Assembly (NCBI RefSeq): GCF_001194135.2
Contig: NC_068983.1
Span: 155,321,852-155,385,851 of the forward strand
DNA: 64,000 nucleotides
Origin: Octopus bimaculoides
Taxonomy: Eukaryota
Direction of reading: 5' to 3'
Shown here piece by piece: positions 39,325 through 52,064 of the stretch (position 1 is its first letter; each line of letters opens with the position of its first letter). The position numbers and the translations under genes were made by a program. The notes below the pieces were generated by a model. The model did no database searches and was not told where the DNA came from. It saw only the letters and a program-made list of their open reading frames with translations.

Positions 39325-40550
39325 TGATTTTATTCAAACCACAGGGGTTAAACAAAGGGGGGACAATACACGGGACAAATAGGGATCGGGGACTTGTCGG
39401 ATGAGATTACATATAGTGAATAAAAACATAATTGCGAATGAAAATGAAAGAATGAATGGACGCGGAATAGGTTTGACCCCCACCACCCACATTCCTGCGT
39501 TGAACCGTTTACTCCGTCCTTTTTTTCTTCCGCTTAATTAGGCACTTACATACCCAACATTCGGATTACTTTCTTCCATTCTTATCGTACTTTTTTGCCA
39601 TCAGGCATTTTCTCCCCACACGTGCTTTCCCTCTTAGGTGATATAGGAAGTGGTTAACCAAAGCACGCCCGGAGACGAAGGTGCTTGATGCAATACCTCT
39701 TCCACACGTCTTCCATATCACCTCTTTCGCTATAGCTATTACGGCTAGAAAGCAGAATTTCTCTTGTTTTAGAGAAGACGGTGGAACGATCTTAATAATC
39801 GACTCGGCTGACAGCTGTACTCTCCCCAGCTGTGACAATGCTCGTTCGGCAGAAACCCACAGATCCGAGAGACTCGGACACTGCACGACTGCATGGAGAA
39901 CAGTGTCGTTGCTCTGCTCGCAACGTGGATACGTAGGTGAATCTATAGGTGACGAGCCGAAAGTCCTTCGATGCAGGTTGGCAAGTTGACTTTCATCGAA
40001 ACGCAAGGTCTCCTCCAGGCCCTCATCACACTTGCCCTCTACCAGCTGAGGTGGTACCCCCTCCGCTGACATTGCTCGTTTGAGAGAGAAGCACGAGCGC
40101 CTGTCGACACTCTGCTTGCCAATCTCCCAGCCTTGGTCTACCCCTGATCCAGCATTCCAGTTGACCAAAAGAGGTGAACCTGGGAAATATCTCATCATCG
40201 AACTGAGACCACATCCGCTCACCGTTCAAGTAGTCTCAACCTCAGCGCATGTCTGCGCATCTTTATGTACGGCATCTCTAACCCATCTTTTAGCGGCTGT
40301 TGGCAGCAGATAGAGCGCCTTACAAGAGGCCACCTGTCCTCCCACAAGAAAGGAAAGAGCATGCCTTCCAACTTGTTTAGCCATGGATCGGGGCACAGCA
40401 CGATGGTTAGGTGGTAGGTAATAACAGATGCACTAAACACATTTTCCACCTCTGCTCTCCCTTTCAGGAATAGCCTCCGCCCAGACCAGGTCTGAGTTAT
40501 GCACGCCACCCTGTCCGTAACCTCGCTCCAATTCTTCTTCTCTATCTCAC
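39325..40550 (-). mobile_element. 5'-truncated Tx1/L1-clade LINE (ORF2 C-terminus plus 3' UTR)
   Basis: TWSGRRLFLKGRAEV.NVF...LFPFLW...LVRRSICCQQPLKDGL (post-RT L1/Tx1 motif) and a zf-RVT-like 'PRCEQSNDTVLHAVVQCP'. AATAAA lies at the minus-strand 3' end (~39335). Confidence 0.85.
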
Positions 40551-40551
40551 T

Positions 40552-40626
40552 ACTTCACTTACTCAGACCGCTGCTATTTATATGTAGTGGTCCAGTCGAT
40601 TCCCGCCAGGGGAGTCGTACATAACA
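40552..40626 (-). mobile_element. Probable LTR 5' end; related segment at 34545-34585
   Basis: The minus strand starts TGTTATGTACGACTCCCCTGG, similar to the solo LTR start TGTTGTGTCGACGCCCCCAGG, and contains TATAAATAG. cacttactcagac...ttatatgtagtggtccagtc recurs at 34545-34585. Confidence 0.5.
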
Positions 40627-40672
40627 CCTCTCTCCAAAATTTCAGGCCTTGTGCCTATAGTAGAAAGGTTTA

Positions 40673-40718
<46 letters not shown>

Positions 40719-40849
40719 ACACACATATACAGGTATGGTTTGTATGTATGTATGAACACGTGTACCTGAATACGCACAAATAAATACACTGTCGTAAAAA
40801 AAGAAAGGAAAAAAAGTAAATTATATATATCATTTAAAAACACTTTTTT

Positions 40850-41234
40850 TTTTACTTGCTTCAGCCATCGGACTACGGCCGTGATTGATCACTGCTTTGA
40901 AAGGTTTCGTCAAACAACCCGACCCCGGAACCTACGATTTTAGGCTTGGTATTTATTCTATCGTTCATCTTTGCTGAACCGCTAGGTTACAAGGACGTAA
41001 ACAAGCCAACACCAGTTGTCAAGAGGTGGTGGTAGCACAAACGCACATACACATAGCTATAAACACACACACACACATGCGACGGGCTTCTTTTAGTTTC
41101 CAATCTCACTCGCAAGGTGTTGGTCGGATTGTGGATATTGTAGAAAATACTTTTGCAAGGTGTCGCAGTGTAGGCCCGAACCTTAGATTACACTGTTAGG
41201 AAGTTTGCTGTCCAACTACACCGCCTCACCTGCC
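40850..41234 (-). mobile_element. SINE family A (old, diverged)
   Basis: gctgaaccgctaggttacaaggacgtaaaca...cgacgggcttcttttagtttcc. Confidence 0.75.
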
Positions 41235-42507
41235 CCTACATACATACAGACAGACATACGTGTTGCTTGAAGTATTGTTGTATGTAAATAATGAAATAAA
41301 TGCCTGCAAGACCTTTGTGCAATGAAGATGGAGTGTTAATGAAACTAAGCAGAGTCTTGTCAATAAATGAAAGAAATATGAATGTATTGAATGTATTACA
41401 CAGATTACTTAACAAACTTGTTTCATCCCGAAATATTATAGGTTTCTTAAACAATCTATGTAAGCTGTTACGATAGTTTTATCATAATAGGGATAAATCG
41501 CCACTGTAAATGACTGAGATGGCTTGCTGACAATTGCAACAACTCTGGACTGTTAGATTCTTGTCACTCTTATTTGAAAAGGCGTTTTACCCCGAAATAA
41601 TATAGGCTTCTGAAGCAACCTATGCAAGCTAATACGACAGTTTTATCTTTATCTTCCATACATTGATATCACCTTACATCTGCATTTCTCAGATGTTATA
41701 CTGATATTTATCGCATCATATATATCATAAAAAGAACAGTGACAAAGAATATGAGATAAATTGGAAGAAAAAATGAGATGTGCTTGTAATATAAAATATA
41801 TGGATTCTCAGTCGGTTTCGAAAATGAATGTTTATTTGTTCGTCCAACTGAAATAAGTAGTCGTTGAGTGTTGAAGCATTCCATAGATGTGTTCTCTTAA
41901 ATTATTCTTTAGGTATTTTTGTTTATCGTGTCCACAGAGTTGAAAAAATTGACGAGGACCTGGTAATTAAAAGTAGATAGGTAATGAATATTCACCCTAA
42001 AGGACAATGGGACTGAACGAATACATTTTAAAGAAGTTTCTATCCCTTTTTCCAGCACTGAGTTAAATGAAATATGTAAAAATAAAGTTCTTTGACCAAG
42101 AACCACATAGAATACTTTCAATAGATTTGAACTTTCAACTCTTAGGTTGGCTGTTCAATACTTTATTCACAGTTAGCTTAAAACATATCCAGAAATCGGT
42201 AAATGTATACGGGGATAGCAACTGTGTCAAAGTGAAAGCAATTTCAAATATTTTCCTGTTAACAAGCTAGATTCAAGTGATATAATGTTCAACCCCTCAT
42301 TAACATGTCAAAACACAAAACACTTCTAACCTAACTTGTAGAAATGTTTTAAGCACACCATTTATAATTAGCTGTTACTTATTTCTCTGCAGTAATTGTT
42401 TCAGTAAACCAATACATGTGACTGAAAGAATTGCATCTTTTCCTTCATCCTCTAACGATGTAAGCAACACAATAGCATAGTGTTGCAGAGATTTTTTTTT
42501 TTTACTT

Positions 42508-43000
42508 TCGTTCTTTTATTACTTGTTTCAATCACAAGACTGCGGCCATGCTGATGCTGGAGCTCTCTTGAAGCGTTAGTCAAGCAAATCGACCCTGGTA
42601 TTTATTCTATCGGTTTATTGTGCCGAGCTGCTAAGTTACGGGATGGGAGACAAATACAAGTGAAAAGATAAGCACACACGTGCGCGCGTAGGAGAGGCTT
42701 CTTTTAATCTCCATCTACCAAATCCAATCACAAGGCTTTGGTTGGCCCGGGACTATAGTAGAAAACACCCAAAGTACTAAACAGTGGACTGAAGCCGACA
42801 CCATGAGCTTGGAGAGCAAACGTCTTACTTCAAGCCACGTCTACCGTAAGATTTATGATATTATTATTATATAAAGCGGCGAGTTGGCAGAATCGTTTGC
42901 ACACCGGACGAAATGCTCAGCGGTATTTCGCTCGTCGCTACGTTCTGAGTTCAAATTCCGCCGAAGTCCACTTTACCTTTCGTTCTTTCGAGGTCGCTAA
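42508..43000. mobile_element. Diverged SINE A (-, 42508-42845) and SINE B head (+, 42874-43000)
   Basis: Family motifs as above. Confidence 0.75.
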
Positions 43001-43964
43001 TGTACTGTATAAACTTTGATTGCAAATTTTTCGCAAACATATGTTCTTTTNNNNNNNNNNAACTTTCGTTCTTTCGAGGTCGCTAATGTACTGTATAAAC
43101 TTTGATCAAATTTTTCGCAAACATATGTTCTTTTTTTTTGTTGTTTTTTGTTTATTAGTGTTTCAATATGGCCACCACAATTTTTGAAAGCCGGTAAGTC
43201 GATTACACAAAAAAAACAATCTAACCTTACCGCTTATAATTTGTCGCAGTTTGATAACTGAAAGTTCAAACTTGTATGATACTGTGGGCGGTATCAGCAG
43301 CAAGCAGGTCGTCTCTTTCAAGTATTGTGAGCCACAGCGAAATACAATGGAAAAAGAAGGGGATCAGAAAAAGAAAATACCTTTGATGAAGAATTTATCC
43401 AGTAAAAGGTGAGAAGTTAACGCACACTTTCTAAAAAGACCTCAAGGAAAATGGAGAAAAACTTGGCTCATGTTTGGCACGTTGTTTTTTTTAAATTTTT
43501 ACCATCCTTGATAGATGAGAAAACTGGTATAGCTGGTACTTTCTCCCAAATCGGGGCCGCAAAACACGAGGAAAAGAAATATCAGGTTCAGTAGCAGAGA
43601 TATTGGTAACGATCCTCGGCTTGACACACAGTACGGGTACATGGGTATGTGGAAGTGTTCTGCAACAATATGTGGTCAAACCGTATCTGTATGTATGTTC
43701 AGGTTCTAATAACACTCGAAGACTATAAGAATAACTCGGAATTATACCATATTTAGAAAGTGAAGAGCGTATCATAGCGGTGGCGCCGGGCAGGATGTGC
43801 AGCTTTCACATGTGTTGGAGTAGAGGTCATTTAAGTACCTTCCAACCAGAAGAGGAAAAGAAAACAGAAGGCAAGCAATAGCACAGTTTTTAATAACGCC
43901 AATTGGCTTCAAGAAACACCTATTTTTATATAACACGGCTTGTCATCAAAGAAAGAATTATCAT

Positions 43965-44290
43965 TATTACTTTTATAGATTTTTATAAATTTGACTCGGG
44001 TTCGTTCTTATTCCTAGCAGATCTTATGTGGTAACCTTAGGTATCCACAAGCTTTCAATAGTCTTTCAAGTGCTTAAGACCCTCCTGATAATCTTTCCTA
44101 CCCCCCCCCCCCACTAAGAGGCAAACTTTCGGTAGAAGTTCTACAAGATATTCTATTCCAATCTCCTCCAATCATTTTTTTTTAATATCTTTACTTACAG
44201 TTCCCAATACATCAATTATTACAGATACGACCTTTACAATTTTCATACTCCAAATTCTTGCAACTTCAAATTTTAAAGATTTATCATTAT
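43965..44290 (-). mobile_element. Second R4/Dong-clade 3' fragment (different subfamily), decayed
   Basis: The minus strand reads LKFEVARIWSMKIVKVVSVIIDVLGTVSKD...RKIIRRVLST*, like the 'LK.EI.R.W.M..V.V.PVV.GALG' RLE C-terminus. Both ends abut TAA/ATT repeats. Confidence 0.65.
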
Positions 44291-44764
44291 TATTATTATT
44301 ATTATTATTCTTATTATCATCATCATCACGATGCAGAATTAACCACGCTGGATTTTAAATATACTTACTAAGAGATTTACTTCAATAGTGTTTGCCCTTT
44401 ATACAGATTACGAGACAGTTATACACGAGAATGGATATACAGTAAATACAATTAAAGAAGAACATTATCTACGCATTTTGTTTATTTGGCATAAAATTAG
44501 CTGCAGCTGCTAATTTAACAACGGTGACCCTCAAGCAAGGTCAGTGAGAAACTCATGCGTTAACATATCATCATGCGACCCATCATTTTTTTTTTTTCGA
44601 AAAATTATCAGTAATATTAGTTGTTCCACGTCTTTAAAAAAATTTGATAAAGCAGCCCCTACAACACCAATACCTTACTAGAGAGTGAATTAAAGAACAA
44701 AATTACTCATTCATCTAATTCCACGCCCTACCAACTTAGAAAAGATATCGTAAGTTGATACATT

Positions 44765-45568
44765 AAAGCGGCGAGCTGGCAGAATCATTGTCTGGCCGGA
44801 CAAAATGCTTAGCGGCATTTTAAGTACTAGTCAAACACGGGTCGGTGTAATCGACTTATCTCCAGACTTATAGCTGGCCTTGTTTCAAAATTTGAAACCA
44901 ATATTATTCGACACATTATTTTTTTATTACTTCAATCTAATATCGTAAAAAAACCCTTAACTACAAATATTGGTTTCAAATTTTGGCACAGGGCCAGCAA
45001 TCTTTAGAGGAGGGGTAAGTTAGTTCTATCAACTCCAGTATTCAACTGGTACTTATTTTATCGATCACTTATTTTATCGACCTCGGCGGAATTTGAACTC
45101 AGAACGGAAAGATGGCTGAAATACCTATTTCTTTACTTCCCACAAAGGGTTACACACAGAGGGGACAAACAAGGACAGACAAACGGATTAAGCCGATTAT
45201 ATCGACACCAGTGCGTAACTGGTACTTAATTTATCGACCCCGAAAGGATGAAAGGCAAAGTCGACCTCGGCGGAATTTGAACTCAGAACGCAGTGGCAGA
45301 CGAAATACCGCTAAGAAGTTTGCCCGGTGTGCCAACGATTCTTCTAGCTTGCTGCCTTCTTAACTACAAATATTCCTTTCTACAATAGTCACAAAGCCCG
45401 AAATTTTATAGGAGGGAGTAAATCGTTTACATCGACCCCTGTGCTCAACTGGTACTTATTTTAACGACCCCAGAAAGGATGAAATGCAAAGTCGACCTCG
45501 GCGGAATATGAACTCGGAACGTAAAGATTTTGCCCGGCGTGCTAAAAATTCTGCCAGCTCGCCGCCTT
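44765..45568. mobile_element. SINE family B cluster: 44765-44918 (+), 44968-45110 (-), 45114-45358 (-), 45370-45568 (-)
   Basis: Repeated family B motifs (gtcgacctcggcggaatttgaactcagaacg etc.). Confidence 0.88.
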
Positions 45569-45629
45569 CTCAACTACAAATCTTGAAAGCTAATAAAACT
45601 GAAGTCATGCACTCATACAGAAACACCAA

Positions 45630-45910
45630 AATATGTCCATTAAATGTCTTGCAACACATAAACCACGTTTATTAAACAGAGGTTACCTCCATAAAATATA
45701 ACCTCGAAATGGCACCTCTAAACGTGTACGATGACCAAAGGGAAATTCAAGCAAAAATTCTACAACCGTACTTCAATCTTTAGGCCCATTGATAAAAGAA
45801 ATGTAACAAAATTAAACGAATATATTTGGCAATTAAAAGGAAAAGCTTCTAACTACGACGTTAAGTGGCAGATCACTGAAAGATCAAAGCTTTCCAAGAA
45901 TGAACATAAA
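45630..45910 (+). mobile_element. Penelope-like element GIY-YIG endonuclease remnant
   Basis: MTKGKFKQKFYNRTSIFRPIDKRNVTKLNEYIWQLKGKASNYDVKWQI matches the PLE endonuclease pattern 'G.T...FK.RY.NH.SSF......T.LS.YIW.LK......I.W.I'. An upstream CPL..-like segment is also present. Confidence 0.75.
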
Positions 45911-46048
45911 ACGCGATTTTTAGACAGCGCAAAACTAGTCTTAAAAGTTATCTACATTATCATGATCTCTAATTAAATAGCAGGTCAGAAATTTTTTAAA
46001 GAAGTGTTGGCGTTTTGAGAAGCATCTGAGCTACATCATCGTTATCAG

Positions 46049-46161
<113 letters not shown>

Positions 46162-46617
46162 TACATACACACAAGCTTATGCATACACAAATGCTTGTAC
46201 GTTTAGAATTATTAGTACAACAGAATATGCAGCTAACAATGTTAATGCCAACTTCAAGAAGATGAGTTTCACAAAAGCCTGAAGAGATATAATTACAGAA
46301 TTACAACCACAAGGAATTAATGGAACATTCATTCTAAAAGTTCATCATATAAAATATATATATATATATATATATATATTGTTCCAGTCATTAGACTGCA
46401 GCCATGGTGGGAAACCACCTTGAAGAATTTTAGGCGCTGGTGGGGACAAGCACAGGCGCGCGCGCACGCACACACACACACACACTACATATATGAAAAG
46501 CAAAAAGTAAACAGCAGAAAGGGTCTGTCGACTATCGGACTAATGTAACATATGAAACAAAATTATACATATACAATTGACAAGCGCCTTTCTGCTGTGT
46601 ATAAATATATATATATA

Positions 46618-46932
46618 GGCGTAGGAGTGGCTGTGTGGTAAGTAGCTTGCTTACCAACCACATGGTTCCGGGTTCAGTCCCACTGCGTGGCACCTTGGGC
46701 AAGTGTCTTCTACTATAGCCTCGGGCCGACCAAAGCCTTGTGAGTGGATTTGGTAGACGGAAACTGAAAGAAGCCCATCGTATATATATATATATGTGTA
46801 TGTATATATATGTGTGTGTGTATGTTTGTGTGTCTGTGTTTGTCCCCCCAACATCGCTTGACAACCGATGCTGGTGTGTTTACGTCCCCATAACTTAGCG
46901 GTTCGGCAAAAAGAGACCGATAGAATAAGTAC
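46618..46932 (+). mobile_element. tRNA-derived SINE family A (young copy, 3' end in gap)
   Basis: Near-identical to 1469-1640 and 7006-7152. Confidence 0.92.
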
Positions 46933-48082
46933 NNNNNNNNNNNNNNNNNNNNNNNNNNNNNNNNNNNNNNNNNNNNNNNNNNNNNNNNNNNNNNNNNNNN
47001 NNNNNNNNNNNNNNNNNNNNNNNNNNNNNNNNNNNNNNNNNNNNNNNNNNNNNNNNNNNNNNNNNNNNNNNNNNNNNNNNNNNNNNNNNNNNNNNNNNNN
47101 NNNNNNNNNNNNNNNNNNNNNNNNNNNNNNNNNNNNNNNNNNNNNNNNNNNNNNNNNNNNNNNNNNNNNNNNNNNNNNNNNNNNNNNNNNNNNNNNNNNN
47201 NNNNNNNNNNNNNNNNNNNNNNNNNNNNNNNNNNNNNNNNNNNNNNNNNNNNNNNNNNNNNNNNNNNNNNNNNNNNNNNNNNNNNNNNNNNNNNNNNNNN
47301 NNNNNNNNNNNNNNNNNNNNNNNNNNNNNNNNNNNNNNNNNNNNNNNNNNNNNNNNNNNNNNNNNNNNNNNNNNNNNNNNNNNNNNNNNNNNNNNNNNNN
47401 NNNNNNNNNNNNNNNNNNNNNNNNNNNNNNNNNNNNNNNNNNNNNNNNNNNNNNNNNNNNNNNNNNNNNNNNNNNNNNNNNNNNNNNNNNNNNNNNNNNN
47501 NNNNNNNNNNNNNNNNNNNNNNNNNNNNNNNNNNNNNNNNNNNNNNNNNNNNNNNNNNNNNNNNNNNNNNNNNNNNNNNNNNNNNNNNNNNNNNNNNNNN
47601 NNNNNNNNNNNNNNNNNNNNNNNNNNNNNNNNNNNNNNNNNNNNNNNNNNNNNNNNNNNNNNNATATATATATGTGTGTGTGTGTGTGTGTGTATTTATG
47701 TATGTGTGTATGTGTGTGTGTAAATATATAATAATGTTTATAAGCTTAAAGCTTTAAACTATCACCGATTATTGATTAAAGAAAATAGTCTAGTATTGGC
47801 GCATATAAACCCTCGACGGAAAAAGTTCGCACAGAAAAAAAGTGCGTTTTCTGATTCATGCAAGTAATGAAGCCCATGTTTAATGCATGTACACTGATAT
47901 ACACGCATGTATGTAGACATATCTATACGCATATATACTTTAATACAAAGCTAACCAGTCGACGATGCCTGAATTTTGATGAAAAATCCTTGTTCACGTT
48001 AGAAACTGATTCTTTCACCATTGGTAAGAAATTTAAGAAATATAACGAGTAAGCCGAACATACATACATTATACATACATAC

Positions 48083-48133
<51 letters not shown>

Positions 48134-48975
48134 ACACACACACATACTTGCACACTCACATACATACGCACACCCATACATCTGAGAGAAAATATAAATC
48201 GATGTGTTGCACACAGAAACTCGAAACAAATACAATACATATATAAACTAATCTCCATTGAAACTTTTCAGTTTCACAAGCAAAATACTTACACTCACTC
48301 ACATATATCATTCTCCACACACACACACACACGCACTCTCTCTCTCTCACACACACACACACATGGTGGCTTGCGGCACCATGGTTTCATTTTACATTTA
48401 ACTCACAAGGCGTCATCGGTTAACACGATTCTAGAGCAGAAGACATCCGATGTGTCACGCATTGAGACTGAACCTTGAAGCATGAGGCCGCGTAGTATAA
48501 TTCTTAACCATATTTCCATGCTTTTGTATCTGAATGTGCTTGTGTGTAAATGTGTAAACATACATACATACATACATGCATACATACATACATGCATACA
48601 TACATACATACATACATGCATACATACATACATGCATACATACATATGTGTGTGTATGTATGCATGTATGTATGAATTATATATATATATATATGCGAAT
48701 AAGGTCCTATGTGAGGAATAATATTCCTAAGACAGAAAGAATTCTAAACGGGTTATTACACAAGAATTATCTCGGATATAGATTCCAAAATCAAAAGGTT
48801 TCTTACTTTTTATGCTCCCCTCAAGAATTCTCTAAGCGGTTGAAGCTTCAATTATAGGATTCGGTATGTTTCAAAGAGAATTGTTTAGGAATCTATGTTT
48901 GGTATTATTATCTTTCTGTTTTTTATTTGTTCAATTTCAATTTCGTTCTCTCTCTCTCTCTCTCTCCCCATCTAT

Positions 48976-49060
48976 TTTCTTCTTCTTCTTCTTCTTCTTC
49001 TTCTTCTTCTTCTTCTTCTTCTTCTTCTTCTTCTTCTTCTTCTTCTTCTTCTTCTTCTTC
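48976..49060. repeat. (CTT)n microsatellite
   Basis: Direct inspection. Confidence 0.95.
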
Positions 49061-50023
49061 TCTCTTTTGATGTCAGTAGGTAAGAAATTGTCTCTTTTTA
49101 TCGTCAATGATATAGAACCGTATTCAGTCAGAATGTTTTTCAATGAAATGGAACTGATGTATCTAAAATTTCTTTCACCACTTCGCAATTTTTTTTCTTC
49201 TTGAGGTTTTTCTTTTTTAAGCGGAGTGAATTAGTAAAACTTCTTGCATGTCTATAGATCATTTTCAGTTTGTGATTTAGAAAAAGAGCAGGAGATAGGC
49301 AAAAATAAAATATGAATTTATGTATTTATCTTACATTATTTATTATTTGTAATATCATTATTTTATGAAGTATCTGTCTACAACTGGGGCTAATTTAAAC
49401 GAATAAATCTATTCCCTATGCATGCAGCCAGACACACTACATACATTCATATACACAACAGTAACTCAACATATACAACAATATAGTAATAGCAACAACA
49501 ACACCACAAAGTTACCTGAACACCTATGTTTACAGCAACGCACACCTACACATCATAGCACCACCTCACTGAACCAATGTAAAGCACAACTAAGACACAC
49601 GGAGATACACGCAGACACATACATACGTACACACATCTACACTCAATAAAGTTTCGTTACAATACTTCCATAGTTATTATCTTCCCTATACACTAGGTTC
49701 ACATTGTATACTCGCATGCACGTTGCAATAATAGCACATTAATAATAACTCGCACTCCAACACATTTACATACACACACACACAAGAAATATACAAACAT
49801 TTCACTAGCATACACTGATACATATTACCCTTTGGTAAACGGTGCACACAAAACTACAGACCAATATACGTACATGCGCATATTTACTATTACTCATGTA
49901 CGTACGAAATCTCATTTGTTTTGTGTCATTCCTGGTCATGTAACCGCGGCTAGTTTCAACATGACTGCATACAGAACACAGTTTTTCTTTCCTTCTATAA
50001 TTTTCCTTGTTTTGATTATGTAA

Positions 50024-50059
50024 CTTTCTGAAGAACAGCTAAAATTCGAAACGTCAAAG
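50024..50059 (+). ncRNA. Degenerate minimal type I hammerhead motif (Penelope-like terminus relic)
   Basis: CTTT-CTGAAGA-acagctaaaattc-GAAA-CGTC-AAAG gives a perfect 4-bp stem I, intact core, ACGT palindrome and GUC triplet. Stem II does not pair. Confidence 0.45.
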
Positions 50060-50338
50060 ACACTACCACTTCTGAAATTCTCTCACACAACGAGACTTAT
50101 GTTTGCATCTAGTTTTCTCGTCGTTAATTTTAAGCACGCGCGCGCGAGCACTTATACACATGCAAGAGGTTAATTTCACAACCACAAGGATTCTGCTTGA
50201 GATAACTGAACAGCTTTGTTAGCAAGTGTCTTCTGTAGTTTTATACATTTTGTCTGTAAAGAGAACGTTTACCCGGGAATATTTCCATAGCAAAAGATTT
50301 TCCCATATCCGAGTGTACACGAACGTGTTAAATGTGAT

Positions 50339-50970
50339 GGATCTATTTTAAAACGGGGGCGCCAATATTTTCTTAACGAAACACTAACGAAACACTTTGA
50401 AACTTGGGACACTGGTAGAATGTGTCATATAAAACGTCTTTTACTCTTACTCTTCTTAACAAAAAAAAAGGAATTCGCAAGTTATTCCATGTTAAAGTTG
50501 TCGTATTTCTGTAATTTCAACCAATCACTGACGTCTATTCAGCTGAATAGAGTTACTGCTGGCCGGTCATAAAAATGTTATTCCCTGTGACATATTTCAT
50601 CCGGTTTAATCGTAATTTATACGCATATATTGTGTATATAATAAATTACGCTGTGCGTATCTATGTGTGTAACAATTTTAGAGTTTGGATTCTAGAGTTA
50701 GGGTTAGTTTTAGGGTTAGGGTTAGGGTTAGGGGATTGATACGATATACACCGTTGCAGCGCTAACTGTTTTCACCTGAATAGACGTCAGTGATTAGTAG
50801 AAATTATCGAAATAAGACAATTTTTTACATGAAATAAATTCGAATACAAAAATATTTTTCTGTTCTATAACACAAAATAGATAAGTATACGAAGTTTGAA
50901 AGTCTTTCCGTACCAAAAACACTACATAAGACATTAATGAAAACAGGCACCCCCGTTTTAAAATAGATCC
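50339..50970. mobile_element. Merlin-like MITE, copy 2
   Basis: TIR GGATCTATTTTAAAACGGGGGCGCC / GGCACCCCCGTTTTAAAATAGATCC. 8-bp TSD AATGTGAT at 50331-50338 and 50971-50978. Internal homology to 6044-6719. Confidence 0.88.
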
Positions 50971-52064
50971 AATGTGATTGTACGCGATTATGTTTTATTC
51001 AAAGCTGCTACTTGTGACGCCAGTTATTTAATTCTAGCTAAAGCAAACTCTACGCATATCAGTGAATGTATTATTTACTATCGCCTTTATGAGGCTGCAT
51101 ATGACAAATTCAGGATTCGGAGGCGACGAAATGCAATGACCCAGAAACGCATGCGTCCTACAATCCGATGATGTCATTAGTGACCTAATGCCTTTTCAGA
51201 CATTTGTCCGCGAAGAAAATTTTCTTCCCGCAGAGAAAGTTCGTCCCACTTCCAAGTATATATATGAACTGCTAAATATGGTTACACGCAAACATATTTT
51301 AATCGACGCTGCTTCGTATAACTCTAGTTTACACACACACATACACACGCACACACACACACACACACACATACAAACACACGCACACAGAAATGTATGA
51401 GGGGTACAATATACGTGCACATACATTTGACAACCAATATACATGTACACACACACTCATACAAAAAAGAAAAATATTATGTGCGCGTGAACGGTTACAT
51501 CTATAACTCCCACTCGTGTAAGATAATAAAAAAAATTAAGGAAGTATATTAAATTTTTTTAAGGAATTCTATCAAAGGAAAACTTATTGAATTTTTAAGA
51601 AATCTTTTTTAAATGTTTTGTTTTAATATTAGCTTACAAAATTCAATAATTTATTTTTTCTATTCAGTTCTTAAACATTTATAAGCTTAAAATGGTTTCG
51701 ATGAGTATATTTTATTAAAATATTTTAAAAATTATTCCTTTGATATAATTTTTTACTATCCATGTGAGAGATAGGTTGTGCCAAAATTATCTGAAAACAA
51801 TTTTAAGTTTATATTTCGCACAAGTAATCACCGTGCACAAAGTTTTGTCACAAAAAATTGCTGAACAAGAATTTTGCGCACACTACATACTACAAATTAG
51901 AGGAAACAACGATTAAAATTGTTTACAGTTATGCTGAGATTGAAAGGGTCAGTTTGGAAGCCAGACAACGGAAGATATCCACTAGGGAGATAATCATAAC
52001 GGGTGACTGTGGTTATTGATCGGAGACCGAATCCTTTTGCGGGTGAAGGCTAATCTAGTTTTGA

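Noticed and set aside
42975-43130. Tandem duplication flanking a 10-N gap (same pattern at 56134-56580)
   Set aside because: Typical scaffolding artefact in which overlapping contig ends were not merged.
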